64,000 nt of DNA from Candidatus Latescibacterota bacterium (GTDB lineage: Bacteria > Latescibacterota > 4484-107): contig JAZDJA010000297.1 in NCBI GenBank assembly GCA_043804415.1, forward strand, positions 3,911-67,910, in the 5' to 3' direction. The position numbers and the translations under genes were made by a program. Below are positions 28,560 through 39,733 of this stretch, in pieces. How positions within the stretch are numbered: position 1 is the first letter of the stretch; every line of letters starts with the position of its first letter. Below the pieces are notes generated by a model. The model was not told the DNA's origin and made no database searches. It saw nothing but the letters and a program-made list of their open reading frames with translations.

Positions 28560-29609
28560 TCATTTCCTATGGACCTGCCTCAAGGCCTCCTCCAACGCTT
28601 CGATTCGCTTTCCCTGCTCCTTCACGATTTTCAGCAGTTCGGGAACCTTGCCCAGGGCGGCTTCGAGTCGGACCTGATCCCGGTGTGGCCGAGCCGGGTA
28701 GCCAGATACGACGATTCCCTCCGGCACCGACTTGCTCACCCCGGCCTGTGCCCCGATGCGCGCCCGATCTCCGACCTCGAGGTGTCCGGACAGTCCGGCC
28801 TGTCCCCCGATCTGAACGCCATTTCCGATCTTCGTGCTCCCCGAGATGCCTGTCTGCCCTGCAATCACGGTATGGCAGCCCACCGTTGCGTTGTGACCGA
28901 TCTGAACCAGATTATCTATCTTCGTGCCCCGCCCGATTCGCGTCACGCCCAGCGCCGCACGGTCTATCGCCGTATTTGCTCCGATCTCCACATCCTCTTC
29001 AATGATGACTCTGCCCACCTGGGGGATCTTGTGGTACTGTTTCCCGTCCCAGGCGAAACCGAACCCGTCCGATCCGATCACTGCGCCGCTGTGCACGATC
29101 ACTGTCTGTCCGATCTCCGTGCCGTGATATACCGTAACATTGGGATACAGGATCGTCCGGTCCCCGATTCGGGAACCTCGCCCTACGACGCAGCCCGCCC
29201 CGATGATCACCCCGTTCCCGAGTTCGCACCCGTCCTCGATGACCGCGTAAGGACCCAGAGAAACATCCGTTCCCAACCGGACATCCGCGCCCAATATCGC
29301 GGTCTCGTGCACGCCCTTCGGAAAATCCACCCCATCACCATAAAGAAGCCGAATCACCCTCTGGATGGAGAGATAGGGGTTCGGCGATACAATATAGGTC
29401 CCGACGGCATCCTGTTCCATGTCCGGGGGCACAATCACCGCCGATGCTTTGGTAGTCGAGAGGAAACGCCGGTACTTCCGATTGGCCACAAAGGAAATGG
29501 CCCCCACGTCCGCCTCCTCAATCGGCGCCACCTTTCGAATGGCGACCGTCCCGTCCCCAACCAATCTCCCCTCCACCAACCGGGCTATTTCGTCCAGACT
29601 TGTTCCCAT
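28560..29609 (-). CDS. lpxD: UDP-3-O-(3-hydroxyacyl)glucosamine N-acyltransferase
   Basis: From the ATG at 29609 the product is MGTSLDEIARLVEG.... The left-handed beta-helix hexapeptide repeats are present (IGxxxxIGxxxxIG). Confidence 0.9.
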   Translation of the reverse strand: MGTSLDEIARLVEGRLVGDGTVAIRKVAPIEEADVGAISFVANRKYRRFLSTTKASAVIVPPDMEQDAVGTYIVSPNPYLSIQRVIRLLYGDGVDFPKGVHETAILGADVRLGTDVSLGPYAVIEDGCELGNGVIIGAGCVVGRGSRIGDRTILYPNVTVYHGTEIGQTVIVHSGAVIGSDGFGFAWDGKQYHKIPQVGRVIIEEDVEIGANTAIDRAALGVTRIGRGTKIDNLVQIGHNATVGCHTVIAGQTGISGSTKIGNGVQIGGQAGLSGHLEVGDRARIGAQAGVSKSVPEGIVVSGYPARPHRDQVRLEAALGKVPELLKIVKEQGKRIEALEEALRQVHRK

Positions 29610-29678
29610 CCCCTTCCTTTCCCCCGCGATGGGTGACTGACCAGAGGTGCTCCCCACCTCCCGGCGCCCGATCGCCCG

Positions 29679-30215
29679 CTATTCCATCTCTTTGTTCAGT
29701 TCCTCCAACACCCGATCGGTCAGCTCATATTCCGGTTTGGCGAACACCACAGCCGGAATGGCCACATCAAAAATGAAATCGTTGTCTCCTTCCTTCCCGA
29801 GTCGATCGAGGATATCATTGATCTTGCTGTAGATGGGTTGGAGGAGTTCCTCGCGACGCTGGGCGAATTTCCCGCCGGGGGCGATGATTTCGTTGACAAA
29901 CTGCTGGTATGCCGCGATCTTCTTCTGGATGGCCTGCTGCTTCTGCTGCTGAGTGGTTTCACTCCACATCAAAGACTGGGCATCGTATTCTTCGCGTAGT
30001 TTGTCCAGCTCCGTTTCCTTGGCCTGGGTTTGTTTGTCCCATTCCAATTTGGCTTTTTCCAACTGGGCCTGCACATCGGCCATCCCATTATACTCCGTCA
30101 GGATTCGGTTGGAGTCAATATATCCGATCTTTAGCTCTTTCGCCAGCGTATTCCCTGAAAAGGTCACCATCAGTCCGAGAAACAACGATGCGCCAATCCA
30201 CGTCTTTGTGCCCAT
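29679..30215 (-). CDS. skp: Periplasmic chaperone Skp/OmpH
   Basis: The product has a signal peptide (MGTKTWIGASLFLGLMVTFSGNTLA) and a coiled-coil of about 150 aa. It lies between bamA and lpxD. Confidence 0.85.
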   Translation of the reverse strand: MGTKTWIGASLFLGLMVTFSGNTLAKELKIGYIDSNRILTEYNGMADVQAQLEKAKLEWDKQTQAKETELDKLREEYDAQSLMWSETTQQQKQQAIQKKIAAYQQFVNEIIAPGGKFAQRREELLQPIYSKINDILDRLGKEGDNDFIFDVAIPAVVFAKPEYELTDRVLEELNKEME

Positions 30216-30284
30216 GCCGTCCTCCCTATGAAGAGATCAATCTGCTGATGACTGGTGAGCGGAATTCTCTTCGTAATCACGAAC

Positions 30285-32549
30285 TTAAAAGCTCTTTCCG
30301 AATTGAAAGTGGGTATGCCACTCGCCTGCCCGCTTTCCGTTCCTGAGATGGTCGAATCCGTACGCGAAATCAAAGCCGATCAGACCGATCATCGGTGCCA
30401 TCACCCGCGCGCCGAATCCCAGTGAGCGCTTCAGATCGAAAGGATCCGTTTCCGAGAACCACAGCCACGAGTTTCCGGCGTCCGCGAAGATCAGGCCATA
30501 GATCTGTTGCTCCACAATGGGGAACTGGCACTCCAGCCCGGCGATAAACATTGCGCGTCCACCTTCGGATGGGCCGACGGACATATCGTTGTACCCGCGG
30601 ATGACGCCATCAAAGCTCGTACCTCCCGGGCGAAACCGTTCCCGTGGCAGTACATCGTGATCCGATCCGAAGCCATTTACATATCCCATCCGGTTCTTGA
30701 CAAGAAGCGCCGTCTTCCAGAACATCGGATAGTAGAATTCGGAGTTCACCTCGTGCTTGTGAAACCCCTCGTCGCTCCCCAGAAATTTGCTGGCGAACTC
30801 CGTTCGGTAGGAATACACCGAGCCGCGGGAAGGAAATTCCGGTCTGTCCCGGCTGTCTCGGAAATACGTGGCGCTGATGCTGCTGGTTGTCTGGGGCCAT
30901 TTGCGCTTCTGGAGACCATAGGGATCGCTGTATCCCGCCCTAAAATCCCGGTATTCCACCTCCTCCAGACGATAGAGGAGACGGATCGTGGAATAATCGT
31001 CCGGCCAGGTCAGTTTTCTTCCCACGCTGACCGATCCTCCGCTTCGCAACTCATCGTAATCGCTATATTTGTAGGTCAATTGATAGACGCTGAAGCTCCC
31101 GCTTGTGGGGGTATCCAAAAGCCAGGGCTCGGAGAAGCTTAACTGAAAACGTTCCTGCCGGCTTCCAAAATCCCAGTTGAAATCCAACGCCTGGCCGTTT
31201 CCGAAAAGATTGGGAATGCCGAATCCGAGCGATCCCGTCAACTTATACTGTTCGCTGTATCCCGCGCCCATCATGGCCTGGCCGGTGGGTTTTTCCTCCA
31301 CCCGGAACGTGACATCCACGTCCCCATTCGGGAGCGGCTCCACGTCAGGTTCCACGTTCCCAAAGTAGTTGAGGAGATAGATATTTCGGGCGCTCCGTTC
31401 CAGCGCCGAACGCCGGAACACGTCCCCGGGAATGAGCTTCAGCTCCCTCCGAATCACCTTCTCCTTGGTTTTTGTGTTGCCCGCGATCTCCACCTTCCGA
31501 ATCTTGGAGGGCTGTCCCTCTTCGATTACAAAATGGAAATCTACGGTTTGTCCCTCCTCCACCGTCTCAGGAACGATCTTTGCACCCAGATAGCCCTGCT
31601 CCTGATAGGCGAAGGTCAGACCGGCATACATCCGGTCAAATTTCTCCTGATCGTAGGTATCCCCCTCCGAAATGGTGATCTTCTCTGCGATCTGAGCATC
31701 GGAGAAGAGTGCATTTCCCTCCCAGGTAAAGGTTCCAAACCAATATGGCGGTCCTTCCTGTATGGTAATGTCGATGAACAGATGCCGTTTCGAATCGTCG
31801 TAGTAGAGGCTGTCCCGTGCGACAGTCGCATCGCGGTATCCATGTGCACGGTAGAATGCGGTGATTTTCTTCAGATCCTCCCGAAAGGCGTCTTCCTTGA
31901 AATCGCCCCTGCGCCACCAACGATTTTCTTTGGTCTCCATCAGTTTCCTGATCTTGGTCCCTTCGAAAGTCTCATTTCCGACCACCGAAATGTGCTTGAC
32001 CTTGACCTTCCCGCCCTCATGAATGAGAAGCACAAGCGCCACCTTCCCCGTTTCATCCGGTTTCGAAAACTCGGATGAGACCCGAGCCAGCAGATAGCCT
32101 TCTTTCTCGTAAAGTCGCTTGATTCGCACCTGGGCGTTCTTGACCCCTTTCTCTCCTACAACCTGTCCCTCGGCAAAGTGTAACGCATCCTTGAGTTCCT
32201 TGGTCTTGATCTTTTCATTTCCCTCGAACGCGATTTTTGACACAGTGGGGAATTCCTCCACTGCGATAGCAATATGCAGCCCTTCCGGTCCTTGTCCCAC
32301 GACCACAACGCGAATATCCCGGTACACCCCCAGCGCATACAGCCGCCGAATCGCGTGCTGCGTATTCTCCAACGTCAGGTCATTTCCGACTGACAATCCA
32401 GACGTGGCCAGAACCAACGAGGCATCCGACCGGATATTTCCCCGCACCTCCAGCTGGCCGATCCGCGTGGGTGCCATCTGAGCCTCACTCAGGCCGATCC
32501 CTAGGGAAAGGCACGTGCACAAGAGCAGAATGCCCAGTTTTGCATGCAT
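30285..32549 (-). CDS. bamA: Outer membrane protein assembly factor BamA
   Basis: The 754 aa product has a signal peptide, POTRA repeats and an Omp85 beta-barrel with a C-terminal ...HFQFGKSF (terminal aromatic). Confidence 0.92.
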   Translation of the reverse strand: MHAKLGILLLCTCLSLGIGLSEAQMAPTRIGQLEVRGNIRSDASLVLATSGLSVGNDLTLENTQHAIRRLYALGVYRDIRVVVVGQGPEGLHIAIAVEEFPTVSKIAFEGNEKIKTKELKDALHFAEGQVVGEKGVKNAQVRIKRLYEKEGYLLARVSSEFSKPDETGKVALVLLIHEGGKVKVKHISVVGNETFEGTKIRKLMETKENRWWRRGDFKEDAFREDLKKITAFYRAHGYRDATVARDSLYYDDSKRHLFIDITIQEGPPYWFGTFTWEGNALFSDAQIAEKITISEGDTYDQEKFDRMYAGLTFAYQEQGYLGAKIVPETVEEGQTVDFHFVIEEGQPSKIRKVEIAGNTKTKEKVIRRELKLIPGDVFRRSALERSARNIYLLNYFGNVEPDVEPLPNGDVDVTFRVEEKPTGQAMMGAGYSEQYKLTGSLGFGIPNLFGNGQALDFNWDFGSRQERFQLSFSEPWLLDTPTSGSFSVYQLTYKYSDYDELRSGGSVSVGRKLTWPDDYSTIRLLYRLEEVEYRDFRAGYSDPYGLQKRKWPQTTSSISATYFRDSRDRPEFPSRGSVYSYRTEFASKFLGSDEGFHKHEVNSEFYYPMFWKTALLVKNRMGYVNGFGSDHDVLPRERFRPGGTSFDGVIRGYNDMSVGPSEGGRAMFIAGLECQFPIVEQQIYGLIFADAGNSWLWFSETDPFDLKRSLGFGARVMAPMIGLIGFDFAYGFDHLRNGKRAGEWHTHFQFGKSF

Positions 32550-32959
32550 AGAAACTTCTCCTTATCCCGAGCTCTTCGAGTGGTAGTTTTTCCGCTACAG
32601 CTTCCCATATGTTACCATGTCGCGCGTCACATAAGGCTTCTTCCGCGTCTATGTCCTCCACGCGACCCCGGACCAACGCTTCGGATGGCTGCCTGATTCG
32701 GAAAGATCCGTCTGTGATGCATCGAAAAGATACGGAATATAGTGAAAGGTCCGTGCTCTTATCCCGAGCAAGACAACGGGTTCTCCTTTTTGCGAGTTTT
32801 CGCGTAGACGTATAAAGATACGATTTTTACGGCTTTTATGCAAGCGATTTCTGATGTCCTTTCGGAAGACGGTGTGCCCAAAGCCGGGACCTCTTTCAAG
32901 TCGCCCCCTCAGGGCTCTCGTTTCTCTCGCCGTGCCCCTCTCCCCCTCTGGACAAGCCC

Positions 32960-35900
32960 CTAAAACGGAAACCAATGCTGCACCCGAACCCGCCGATCCT
33001 TCTCTTTCAGGAGAACGTCGTAGTCGTATTCGAACTGAAAGATCGTGTTGTTACCCGTCCGAAACTCGACCCCGAATCGGTGTTTGACGCCCCAGGTTTC
33101 CTTCTTATAGAGATCCCGTCCGATCTCCAATTGGCCGGAATAGAAAAGATACCAATCTCTGGCCACATATTGCCCCAGAGTCCACTGGGTCCCGCGAAAA
33201 AGGGCAAGATCGGAGGCGGTCTGATCGAGCGCGAGCGATTCCTGGCGCTGCAGGAGATTCCGGGCGATCGAGGGCTGGAAGTGGACCACATCCAATCCCA
33301 ACGCCCGGCGCAGTTGCCGTTCCATCGGGTTGAGCAACGGTCGAAGGAGGTAGCTCTCCACCCCCATAGTCAGTCCCGCCCAGGCCCGACGCTCGTATTC
33401 TCCCTCCACGTAGCCCAGCTTGGAAAGTATCTTTTCCCGGGAATCGTCCTTTGGGTCGCCCGAACGCAGGTTGAGTTCAAAATCGCCCCAACGCGCTTGC
33501 TCCAGGCGGGATCCGGTGCGTTCGTCCCTCTGATAGGCTTCGAGAAAAATGTCCGTGGCCGCTTTCGTCGAATCGTCGTACACGGTGGTTTTGGCCAGAA
33601 AACGCAGCAGGGGCTTTCCGCCATATCGCGTGTCAAACTCCAATCCCGCTTTTTCCACCTTAAATTCCGTGTCCAGATAAGATACCGTCCCCTCCGTGGC
33701 CCTCAATTCGCCATCGAGCCAGAACGTCTTCCTGAAAACGATGCCGTGAAATCCCAGGACGTCCCCCTCAACGAGCTTCAAGTGAACGCCGCCGCTGGCC
33801 AATTCTGCGTCCCTGAAATACCAGACATCCTCGCCGGTGAGCACATCCAGATCCCAGGACACCGATTTGAGCGCCTGTTTGAATGCATCCTGCGCATCCG
33901 ATCCGGATTTTGGGGGCAGGAAGGGATAGGTGATCTCCCCATTCCGCACCTTGATTTTCCCCCGTAACCGAGGGGTCTTGGCAGGTCCTCCGATGTAGAA
34001 GCTCTCCCCTTCCGCCTTCCCAAGAAACTGCAGCCGCCCTTTCTCGTTTGCCCGCATCAGCCCGGGGATCGCCAACTCAACCCCCCTTTCCCCCGTGCCC
34101 ACGGCCAAAATGCCGAAATGGACTCCAAGCCGATTCCAGATAAGGGGCGCCATCTGTTCTCCATCCACCTCCTTCTCCCGAAGGCTCTTGATCCAGAATG
34201 GGTCACCATCCAGACGTCCCGACACGTCCTCGATCCTCACATATTGCCCCTCCGGATCGAAAATGACCTTTCCTTTCAGGCCGCTGATCTGGTCCGTGAG
34301 CATGGTGGCGCGAAGGGCTCCATCGTCCAGGTCGATCTCAAATTCCTCCAGCGCAGGAGTTTTCCATCCCCCCGTCAGTCGCACATCCACGCTCCCTTGC
34401 CCGGATGCCTGTCGGATCATCTTTGTAAGCGGAGAGAGGAGTGCCAGAATGTCGCCCTGCGCGTGTGCCGAAAGATCCATCTCCTCCGTGGATCTCAAGG
34501 GGAGTTTCCCGCTGATCTGGCCCTTATAGGTGCCGCTTTTCTCAAAGGTCGCCTCTGCTGACAGGGTACCGCCCAGATTTCGTAAAACGGAGAATGCTCC
34601 ATAGGGAGTATTCTGGACTTGCTCTGGCGGTGCGGCAGAGGGAGTCTCCGCCTGCGGCTTGCCGATGAGACCCGAAAGGCGGCCCTCCAGCCGATCGAAC
34701 CCGATGCCCTTTATGTGTCCGCCCACGATGTCAAAATGGGCCTTCAAGATACCCGGGGGCGCCGGAAGCGACACCTCGTAGCTCAGCAGTCCCCCTATGG
34801 ATTTGGCGCGGGGATCCAGTAAACCAAGCAGGGAAGCGGCATGAATGGCATCGGCTTTTGCGCGAATCCCGCCTTCTGGCAACTGCTCGAGCGCAAAGAG
34901 CGTCTCCTCCCGCGTGCGAAGGAATCCCTCTCGAATGGTGATGACCTGCTTGTCCCAGTCGAAGGCAAGCTTTCCCTCCAATCCAGACACCCCTTCCAGA
35001 AGTCCGTCTGTCATCCGGAGCGTGGCGGACCCGTCCAGTCCGTCCACGGAAACCTGTCCGTTCAGCAATCCCGTTCCGTTCCTCCGCTTTATGCGCACAG
35101 CGTCAAGCGCATCCGAGAGCGGGAAATCACGCACCACCACCGTTCCCCGCAACCCCTCCCAAATGGAGGGTGTGGGAGGGGGGAGGGGCTGCTGCTCCCC
35201 ATCAGCCTGTCTGTATCGCGCCCTTTCGCCGCGCAAGACGAGGTGGCCGTCCTGCGTGGCACATGCCAGGCGGAGAAGCTCATCTTCTACGGTAAGGTCC
35301 CCATCCAGTGCGGTTTTCAGGGCTCCGATCTTGAGCCCGCGGGAGGAAAAAGTCCCTTTGAAGGTCCCCAGGTTCCGGGAGAGATCGCCGAGCATGGCTT
35401 GGGCATTCTTCACAGGGGGATCCGCGTCCTCCGCACGTTTTGTGGGGAGCGGTCCAGTATGCACGCCCGAGAACACTACGGTGCCATCCAACCGGTCTCC
35501 GCTTGTGTGGAGCGCGCCCTCCACCTGCAGAGAGGACAGCGGACCTTCTACACGAATCTGTCCCTTCAAGGGGATTCCCGCTTCCGCAAGGGCCGGGAAC
35601 GCCCCGCTCTCGATCCGTCCCTCCGCTTCAAGATGGCCCCGTCCGGCCCACGAGAATATCCCCTTACCCGCGATCTCCCGATTTTCTCCTGCGAAGGAGA
35701 ACCCTCGCTCGCGTCCCCTAATCTCCAAATGAAGATCGGGCCACTGCCTGCCTGTCCAGGACGGTTGGATCAGATTGACCTCCGCACGCCAGTCCGGATG
35801 GGGCATGGTTCCGCTTGCCCGAAGCACGGCATTTACCCGGCCGCCCAAGTGGGCTTCTGTTCCCAGGAGACGCTGGACACTCACCACGTCCACACTATCC

Positions 35901-37147
35901 ACTGCAAGCGTTGCGGAAAACACTTTCGTGCTGTCCAGCGCGAGGTGTCCTTTCCCGCGAACGGATCCGCCCCCTATGCGTGCCATCATCTCGTCCACCA
36001 CCAGCCTGTCTGCATCTGCGTGGAACGCTCCTGAAAACCCCTCAAACGTCATTTTTCCGTAAGAGATGGTTTGGCTGGTCCATCCTCCGCGCAGGGACAG
36101 GTGATTTGTCGGGCCGAACAGGGAAAGATTGAGCGCTCCCACACCTGTTGGGCAGAGGGATTCTTCGGTCAGGAAGGAGCGCCCCATTTGGCCTATGTTC
36201 ACCTCCGAAAATAGAAGCTCCAGTTGGATGGGCGAGGGATCAAAAGGACGGAGGCTTCCCGAACAGCGGAAGGTTTGTCCCATCAGCACACCGCTTCCCT
36301 CCGCTATGGTCAGCGCTCGATCCGCAAATGTCCCCCGCATGGACACCGACTGAACCGGGCCCCATTTCGGAGCCAGATCAAGCACGCCTTCGGATAGCGC
36401 CCATTCTCCCGATAAACGCCATTTTTGCTCCTCCTTCGACAGGTTCCCCTTCAGGTCGAGGGTCGCCTTCCTGATCCCCAGATCCGATAGCGGGGTTTTC
36501 CCCCACCGCTCCAAATCCATTGCCGTTCCCGTTATTTTCAGCCCATCCGCTCCTCGGGCATCTTCAATCGTTCCCTCCAAGAGGAGCTTCCCTCCCGCCT
36601 TTCCAGCATGCCCTTCCAGCCGAATGGCGATGCCGCCCTCCTCGCGTCCCTCAAACCACCCAGAGAGCACGCAGTCCGGTGACCATGTTGTTTCCCCTTT
36701 TCGAACAGAAACCGTTCCATCCAAAAGACGTACCTTGATCCCGGCCATCCCCTGTTTCGCCAAGGGGAGCAGCACGGGGGCGTGGGGGGCGTCTTTTTCC
36801 GGCCAGGAGAACATGGCATGTGGCCGATGCAGTGTCACCTCGTAGATGCCTGCCTTGGGATCGAACCCAGAAGACAGGAGCTTTAGCAGGTGGTAGGAGA
36901 TCGTCGCCCGTCCCACTTCCAGCTCAACTCCGGAAGCGGAGGCTCGCACCTCGCCGAGTTCGATGGCTCCGCGGGTCATCTTTATGGTCTTTGCAGATAG
37001 CCCGCCCTGTGTCGCGGAGGACATCACCTGCAGCAGATACTGCTGGGTTCGCTCCCGAACATCCAACAGCTGCCACATCCCCCAGAGGCTCAGGCCCACC
37101 ACTGCCAACACCCCCAATCCGACTGCAATCCATTTGCGATAGACCAT
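32960..37147 (-). CDS. tamB: Translocation and assembly module subunit TamB (AsmA-like giant inner-membrane-anchored protein)
   Basis: From the ATG at 37147 the product begins MVYRKWIAVGLGVLAVVGLSLWGMW (an N-terminal transmembrane anchor). It has a long beta-rich body and a DUF490-type C-terminus (...GVEFRTGNNTIFQFEYDYDVLLKEKDRRVRVQHWFPF). It lies immediately upstream of bamA. Confidence 0.85.
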   Translation of the reverse strand: MVYRKWIAVGLGVLAVVGLSLWGMWQLLDVRERTQQYLLQVMSSATQGGLSAKTIKMTRGAIELGEVRASASGVELEVGRATISYHLLKLLSSGFDPKAGIYEVTLHRPHAMFSWPEKDAPHAPVLLPLAKQGMAGIKVRLLDGTVSVRKGETTWSPDCVLSGWFEGREEGGIAIRLEGHAGKAGGKLLLEGTIEDARGADGLKITGTAMDLERWGKTPLSDLGIRKATLDLKGNLSKEEQKWRLSGEWALSEGVLDLAPKWGPVQSVSMRGTFADRALTIAEGSGVLMGQTFRCSGSLRPFDPSPIQLELLFSEVNIGQMGRSFLTEESLCPTGVGALNLSLFGPTNHLSLRGGWTSQTISYGKMTFEGFSGAFHADADRLVVDEMMARIGGGSVRGKGHLALDSTKVFSATLAVDSVDVVSVQRLLGTEAHLGGRVNAVLRASGTMPHPDWRAEVNLIQPSWTGRQWPDLHLEIRGRERGFSFAGENREIAGKGIFSWAGRGHLEAEGRIESGAFPALAEAGIPLKGQIRVEGPLSSLQVEGALHTSGDRLDGTVVFSGVHTGPLPTKRAEDADPPVKNAQAMLGDLSRNLGTFKGTFSSRGLKIGALKTALDGDLTVEDELLRLACATQDGHLVLRGERARYRQADGEQQPLPPPTPSIWEGLRGTVVVRDFPLSDALDAVRIKRRNGTGLLNGQVSVDGLDGSATLRMTDGLLEGVSGLEGKLAFDWDKQVITIREGFLRTREETLFALEQLPEGGIRAKADAIHAASLLGLLDPRAKSIGGLLSYEVSLPAPPGILKAHFDIVGGHIKGIGFDRLEGRLSGLIGKPQAETPSAAPPEQVQNTPYGAFSVLRNLGGTLSAEATFEKSGTYKGQISGKLPLRSTEEMDLSAHAQGDILALLSPLTKMIRQASGQGSVDVRLTGGWKTPALEEFEIDLDDGALRATMLTDQISGLKGKVIFDPEGQYVRIEDVSGRLDGDPFWIKSLREKEVDGEQMAPLIWNRLGVHFGILAVGTGERGVELAIPGLMRANEKGRLQFLGKAEGESFYIGGPAKTPRLRGKIKVRNGEITYPFLPPKSGSDAQDAFKQALKSVSWDLDVLTGEDVWYFRDAELASGGVHLKLVEGDVLGFHGIVFRKTFWLDGELRATEGTVSYLDTEFKVEKAGLEFDTRYGGKPLLRFLAKTTVYDDSTKAATDIFLEAYQRDERTGSRLEQARWGDFELNLRSGDPKDDSREKILSKLGYVEGEYERRAWAGLTMGVESYLLRPLLNPMERQLRRALGLDVVHFQPSIARNLLQRQESLALDQTASDLALFRGTQWTLGQYVARDWYLFYSGQLEIGRDLYKKETWGVKHRFGVEFRTGNNTIFQFEYDYDVLLKEKDRRVRVQHWFPF

Positions 37148-37294
37148 AGAAAAGTCGCCCGATAAACAATGAGCAATGAATAATGAATGACGAACCAGAC
37201 CCCCTCCACCGGCAAAATGCGCGGAGAAGCAAGAGGGTTCTTGCTCATTGTTCATTACTCATTGCTCATGGTGCATGAGAACATGATCACCGCG

Positions 37295-39733
37295 TTATTC
37301 GTTGTCTTTTTCACCAAGCAATGCGAATGTCAGATCATCCCCTTTCTTGCTCACGCGCACGCTATCCCCCTTCCTAAATTTCCCCCCCAAAAGTTCCTCT
37401 GTCAAGGGATCCTCCACCAGCTTCTGGATAGCGCGCCGAAGGGGTCTGGCTCCGTAGGCGGGATCGTACCCCTTATCTGCGATAAGGCTTCTGGCACCGG
37501 GCGTCAGATTGAGGGTCAGGTCCCTTCCTGCCGCACGTTTGTTGACTTCCTCGAGCAGCATATCAATGATGCGGAGGATTTCTTTTCGGCCCAATGAATG
37601 GAACACCATGGATTCATCCACGCGATTTAAGAATTCCGGATTGAAGGTCCGTTTCATCTCAGCCAGAATCTTTTCCTTCATCCGCTCGTGGTTCCATTTC
37701 TCTCCCGTCTTCTGAAAGCCCAGCGAACGGCCTTCCCCGATGTCCCGGGTCCCCAGGTTTGAGGTCATAATGATCACCGTATTTCGAAAATCCACGTGCC
37801 GTCCGAAGCTGTCTGTGAGGCGGCCGTCATCCAAGACCTGAAGCAGGAGATTGAAGAAATCCGGATGGGCTTTCTCTATCTCGTCGAAGAGCACCACCGA
37901 ATACGGTTTTCTGCGCACCTTCTCGGTTAATTGCCCGCCCTCATCGTATCCCACGTATCCCGGGGGAGCACCGATCAGCCGGGACAGAGAGAATCGTTCC
38001 GAGTACTCCGACATATCGATCTGGATCAACGCGTCCCTGTCCTCGAAGAGATACTCGGCCAGCACGCGTGCCAACTCCGTCTTGCCCACGCCCGTTGGGC
38101 CCAGAAAGACGAACGAACCGATGGGACGCTTTGGGTCCTTGAGTCCCGATCGGCTTCTTCGAATGGCCTTGGAGATCGCGGTGATTGCCTCGTCCTGTCC
38201 GACGATCCGCTTCTTTAGGGCCTCCTCCATCTGAAGCAGTTTCTCCGATTCCTCCCGTGCCAGGCGAAATACCGGAATGCCCGTCATAGAGGAAATGACC
38301 TCCGCGATATCCTCCTCGGTTACCTCCACCTGATAGTTGGATACCTCTTCTTCCCACTCCCTGTTCCTCTGTCCCAGCTTTTCTTTCAAACGGCGCCCTT
38401 CGTCGCGCAGCGCGATGGCCTCCTCGAAATGCTGCTCTTCGATGACCGTCCCCTTCTTCTTCTCAATATCCTCAATCGCCTGCTCCAGATTCCGGATGTC
38501 CACCGGCACGACCACTTTCGACAAATGCACGCGGGATCCTGCCTCGTCAATCACATCTATGGCCTTGTCAGGCAGATATCGATTGCTGATGTACCGATCC
38601 GACAATGTGGCCGCTGCCACGACCGCCTCGTCCATGTACTTCGCATGATGGTGTTCCTCGTACCTTTTCCGAAGCCCCTTCAAGATCTCGATACTGTCCG
38701 CCACCGAGGGCGGGTCCACCATGATGGTCTGAAAACGTCGCTCCAGAGCGCCGTCCTTTTCGATGTGTCTCCGATACTCGTCCAATGTGGTGGCACCGAT
38801 GCACTGGAGTTCCCCTCGCGCCAACGCCGGCTTGAACATATTGGATGCATCAAGGGTGCCTTCCGCGCTGCCCGCGCCCACAATCGTATGCATTTCGTCG
38901 ATGAAGAGGAATACGTCCTTATTCTGCTGGAGCTCGTTGATGATCCCCTTGATGCGCTCTTCGAATTGCCCGCGGTACTTCGTGCCGGATACGACGCCGC
39001 CCAGATCCAGGGCGACCAGACGCTTTCCGTTCAGTATCTGAGGCACCTTCTTGTCCACGATTCGCTGAGCCAGCCCTTCCACAATCGCGGTCTTGCCCAC
39101 GCCGGGCTCTCCGATTAGCACCGGATTGTTCTTCTTGCGCCGACTTAAAACCTGGGACACGCGCTCGATCTCCCTTTCCCGGCCGATGGTCGGATCGATC
39201 TTTCCTTCCCGAGCCAACTGGGTCAGATCTCTGCTGAAGTGATCCAAGAACGGGGTTTTGCTCTTGGGCTGCTCTTTATTGTCGACGCTCTTTCCCGAAA
39301 GGAGGGCCATCACCACATCCTGCACGGCATCAAAGGTGACCCCATAGGTCGTCAAGATCCGAGCAGCTACGCCCTCTTTATCCTTGATCAGCGCCAGGAG
39401 GAGGTGTTCCGTGCCCGTATAATCCACCTTCATCTGCCGGGACAGCTGAACCGAGATCTCGAGAATCTGTCGCGCACGCGGCGTAAGTGGCAGTTGCTGT
39501 TGCGCCAATGCCGTTCCCCCAGAGGTCTCCACCGCATCCTCAATAGCCTGACGAATGGCATCCAAATCCAACCCCAAATGAATGAGCGCAGCAACCGCCA
39601 CACCCTCTCCTTCCTGAATCAATCCCAAAAGGAAGTGTTCGCTGCCAATATAGTTGTGGTTCAGTCGATCTGCCTCCTCGCGGGCCAATTGCAGCACTTT
39701 CTGCATTCTGGCTGTAAACACTGGAGCACTCAT
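37295..39733 (-). CDS. clpC: ATP-dependent Clp protease ATP-binding subunit ClpC
   Basis: The ATG at 39733 has a GGAGG ribosome-binding site. The product has two Clp_N repeats, two AAA+ modules ([16 protein letters not shown]) and a UVR-like linker. Confidence 0.93.
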   Translation of the reverse strand: MSAPVFTARMQKVLQLAREEADRLNHNYIGSEHFLLGLIQEGEGVAVAALIHLGLDLDAIRQAIEDAVETSGGTALAQQQLPLTPRARQILEISVQLSRQMKVDYTGTEHLLLALIKDKEGVAARILTTYGVTFDAVQDVVMALLSGKSVDNKEQPKSKTPFLDHFSRDLTQLAREGKIDPTIGREREIERVSQVLSRRKKNNPVLIGEPGVGKTAIVEGLAQRIVDKKVPQILNGKRLVALDLGGVVSGTKYRGQFEERIKGIINELQQNKDVFLFIDEMHTIVGAGSAEGTLDASNMFKPALARGELQCIGATTLDEYRRHIEKDGALERRFQTIMVDPPSVADSIEILKGLRKRYEEHHHAKYMDEAVVAAATLSDRYISNRYLPDKAIDVIDEAGSRVHLSKVVVPVDIRNLEQAIEDIEKKKGTVIEEQHFEEAIALRDEGRRLKEKLGQRNREWEEEVSNYQVEVTEEDIAEVISSMTGIPVFRLAREESEKLLQMEEALKKRIVGQDEAITAISKAIRRSRSGLKDPKRPIGSFVFLGPTGVGKTELARVLAEYLFEDRDALIQIDMSEYSERFSLSRLIGAPPGYVGYDEGGQLTEKVRRKPYSVVLFDEIEKAHPDFFNLLLQVLDDGRLTDSFGRHVDFRNTVIIMTSNLGTRDIGEGRSLGFQKTGEKWNHERMKEKILAEMKRTFNPEFLNRVDESMVFHSLGRKEILRIIDMLLEEVNKRAAGRDLTLNLTPGARSLIADKGYDPAYGARPLRRAIQKLVEDPLTEELLGGKFRKGDSVRVSKKGDDLTFALLGEKDNE

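Noticed and set aside
28407-29636. 409 aa plus-strand ORF
   Set aside because: It is antisense to lpxD.
32975-36034. Plus-strand ORFs of 330 aa and 397 aa inside the tamB region
   Set aside because: They are antisense shadows within the 4.2 kb tamB gene. High GC gives long spurious ORFs.
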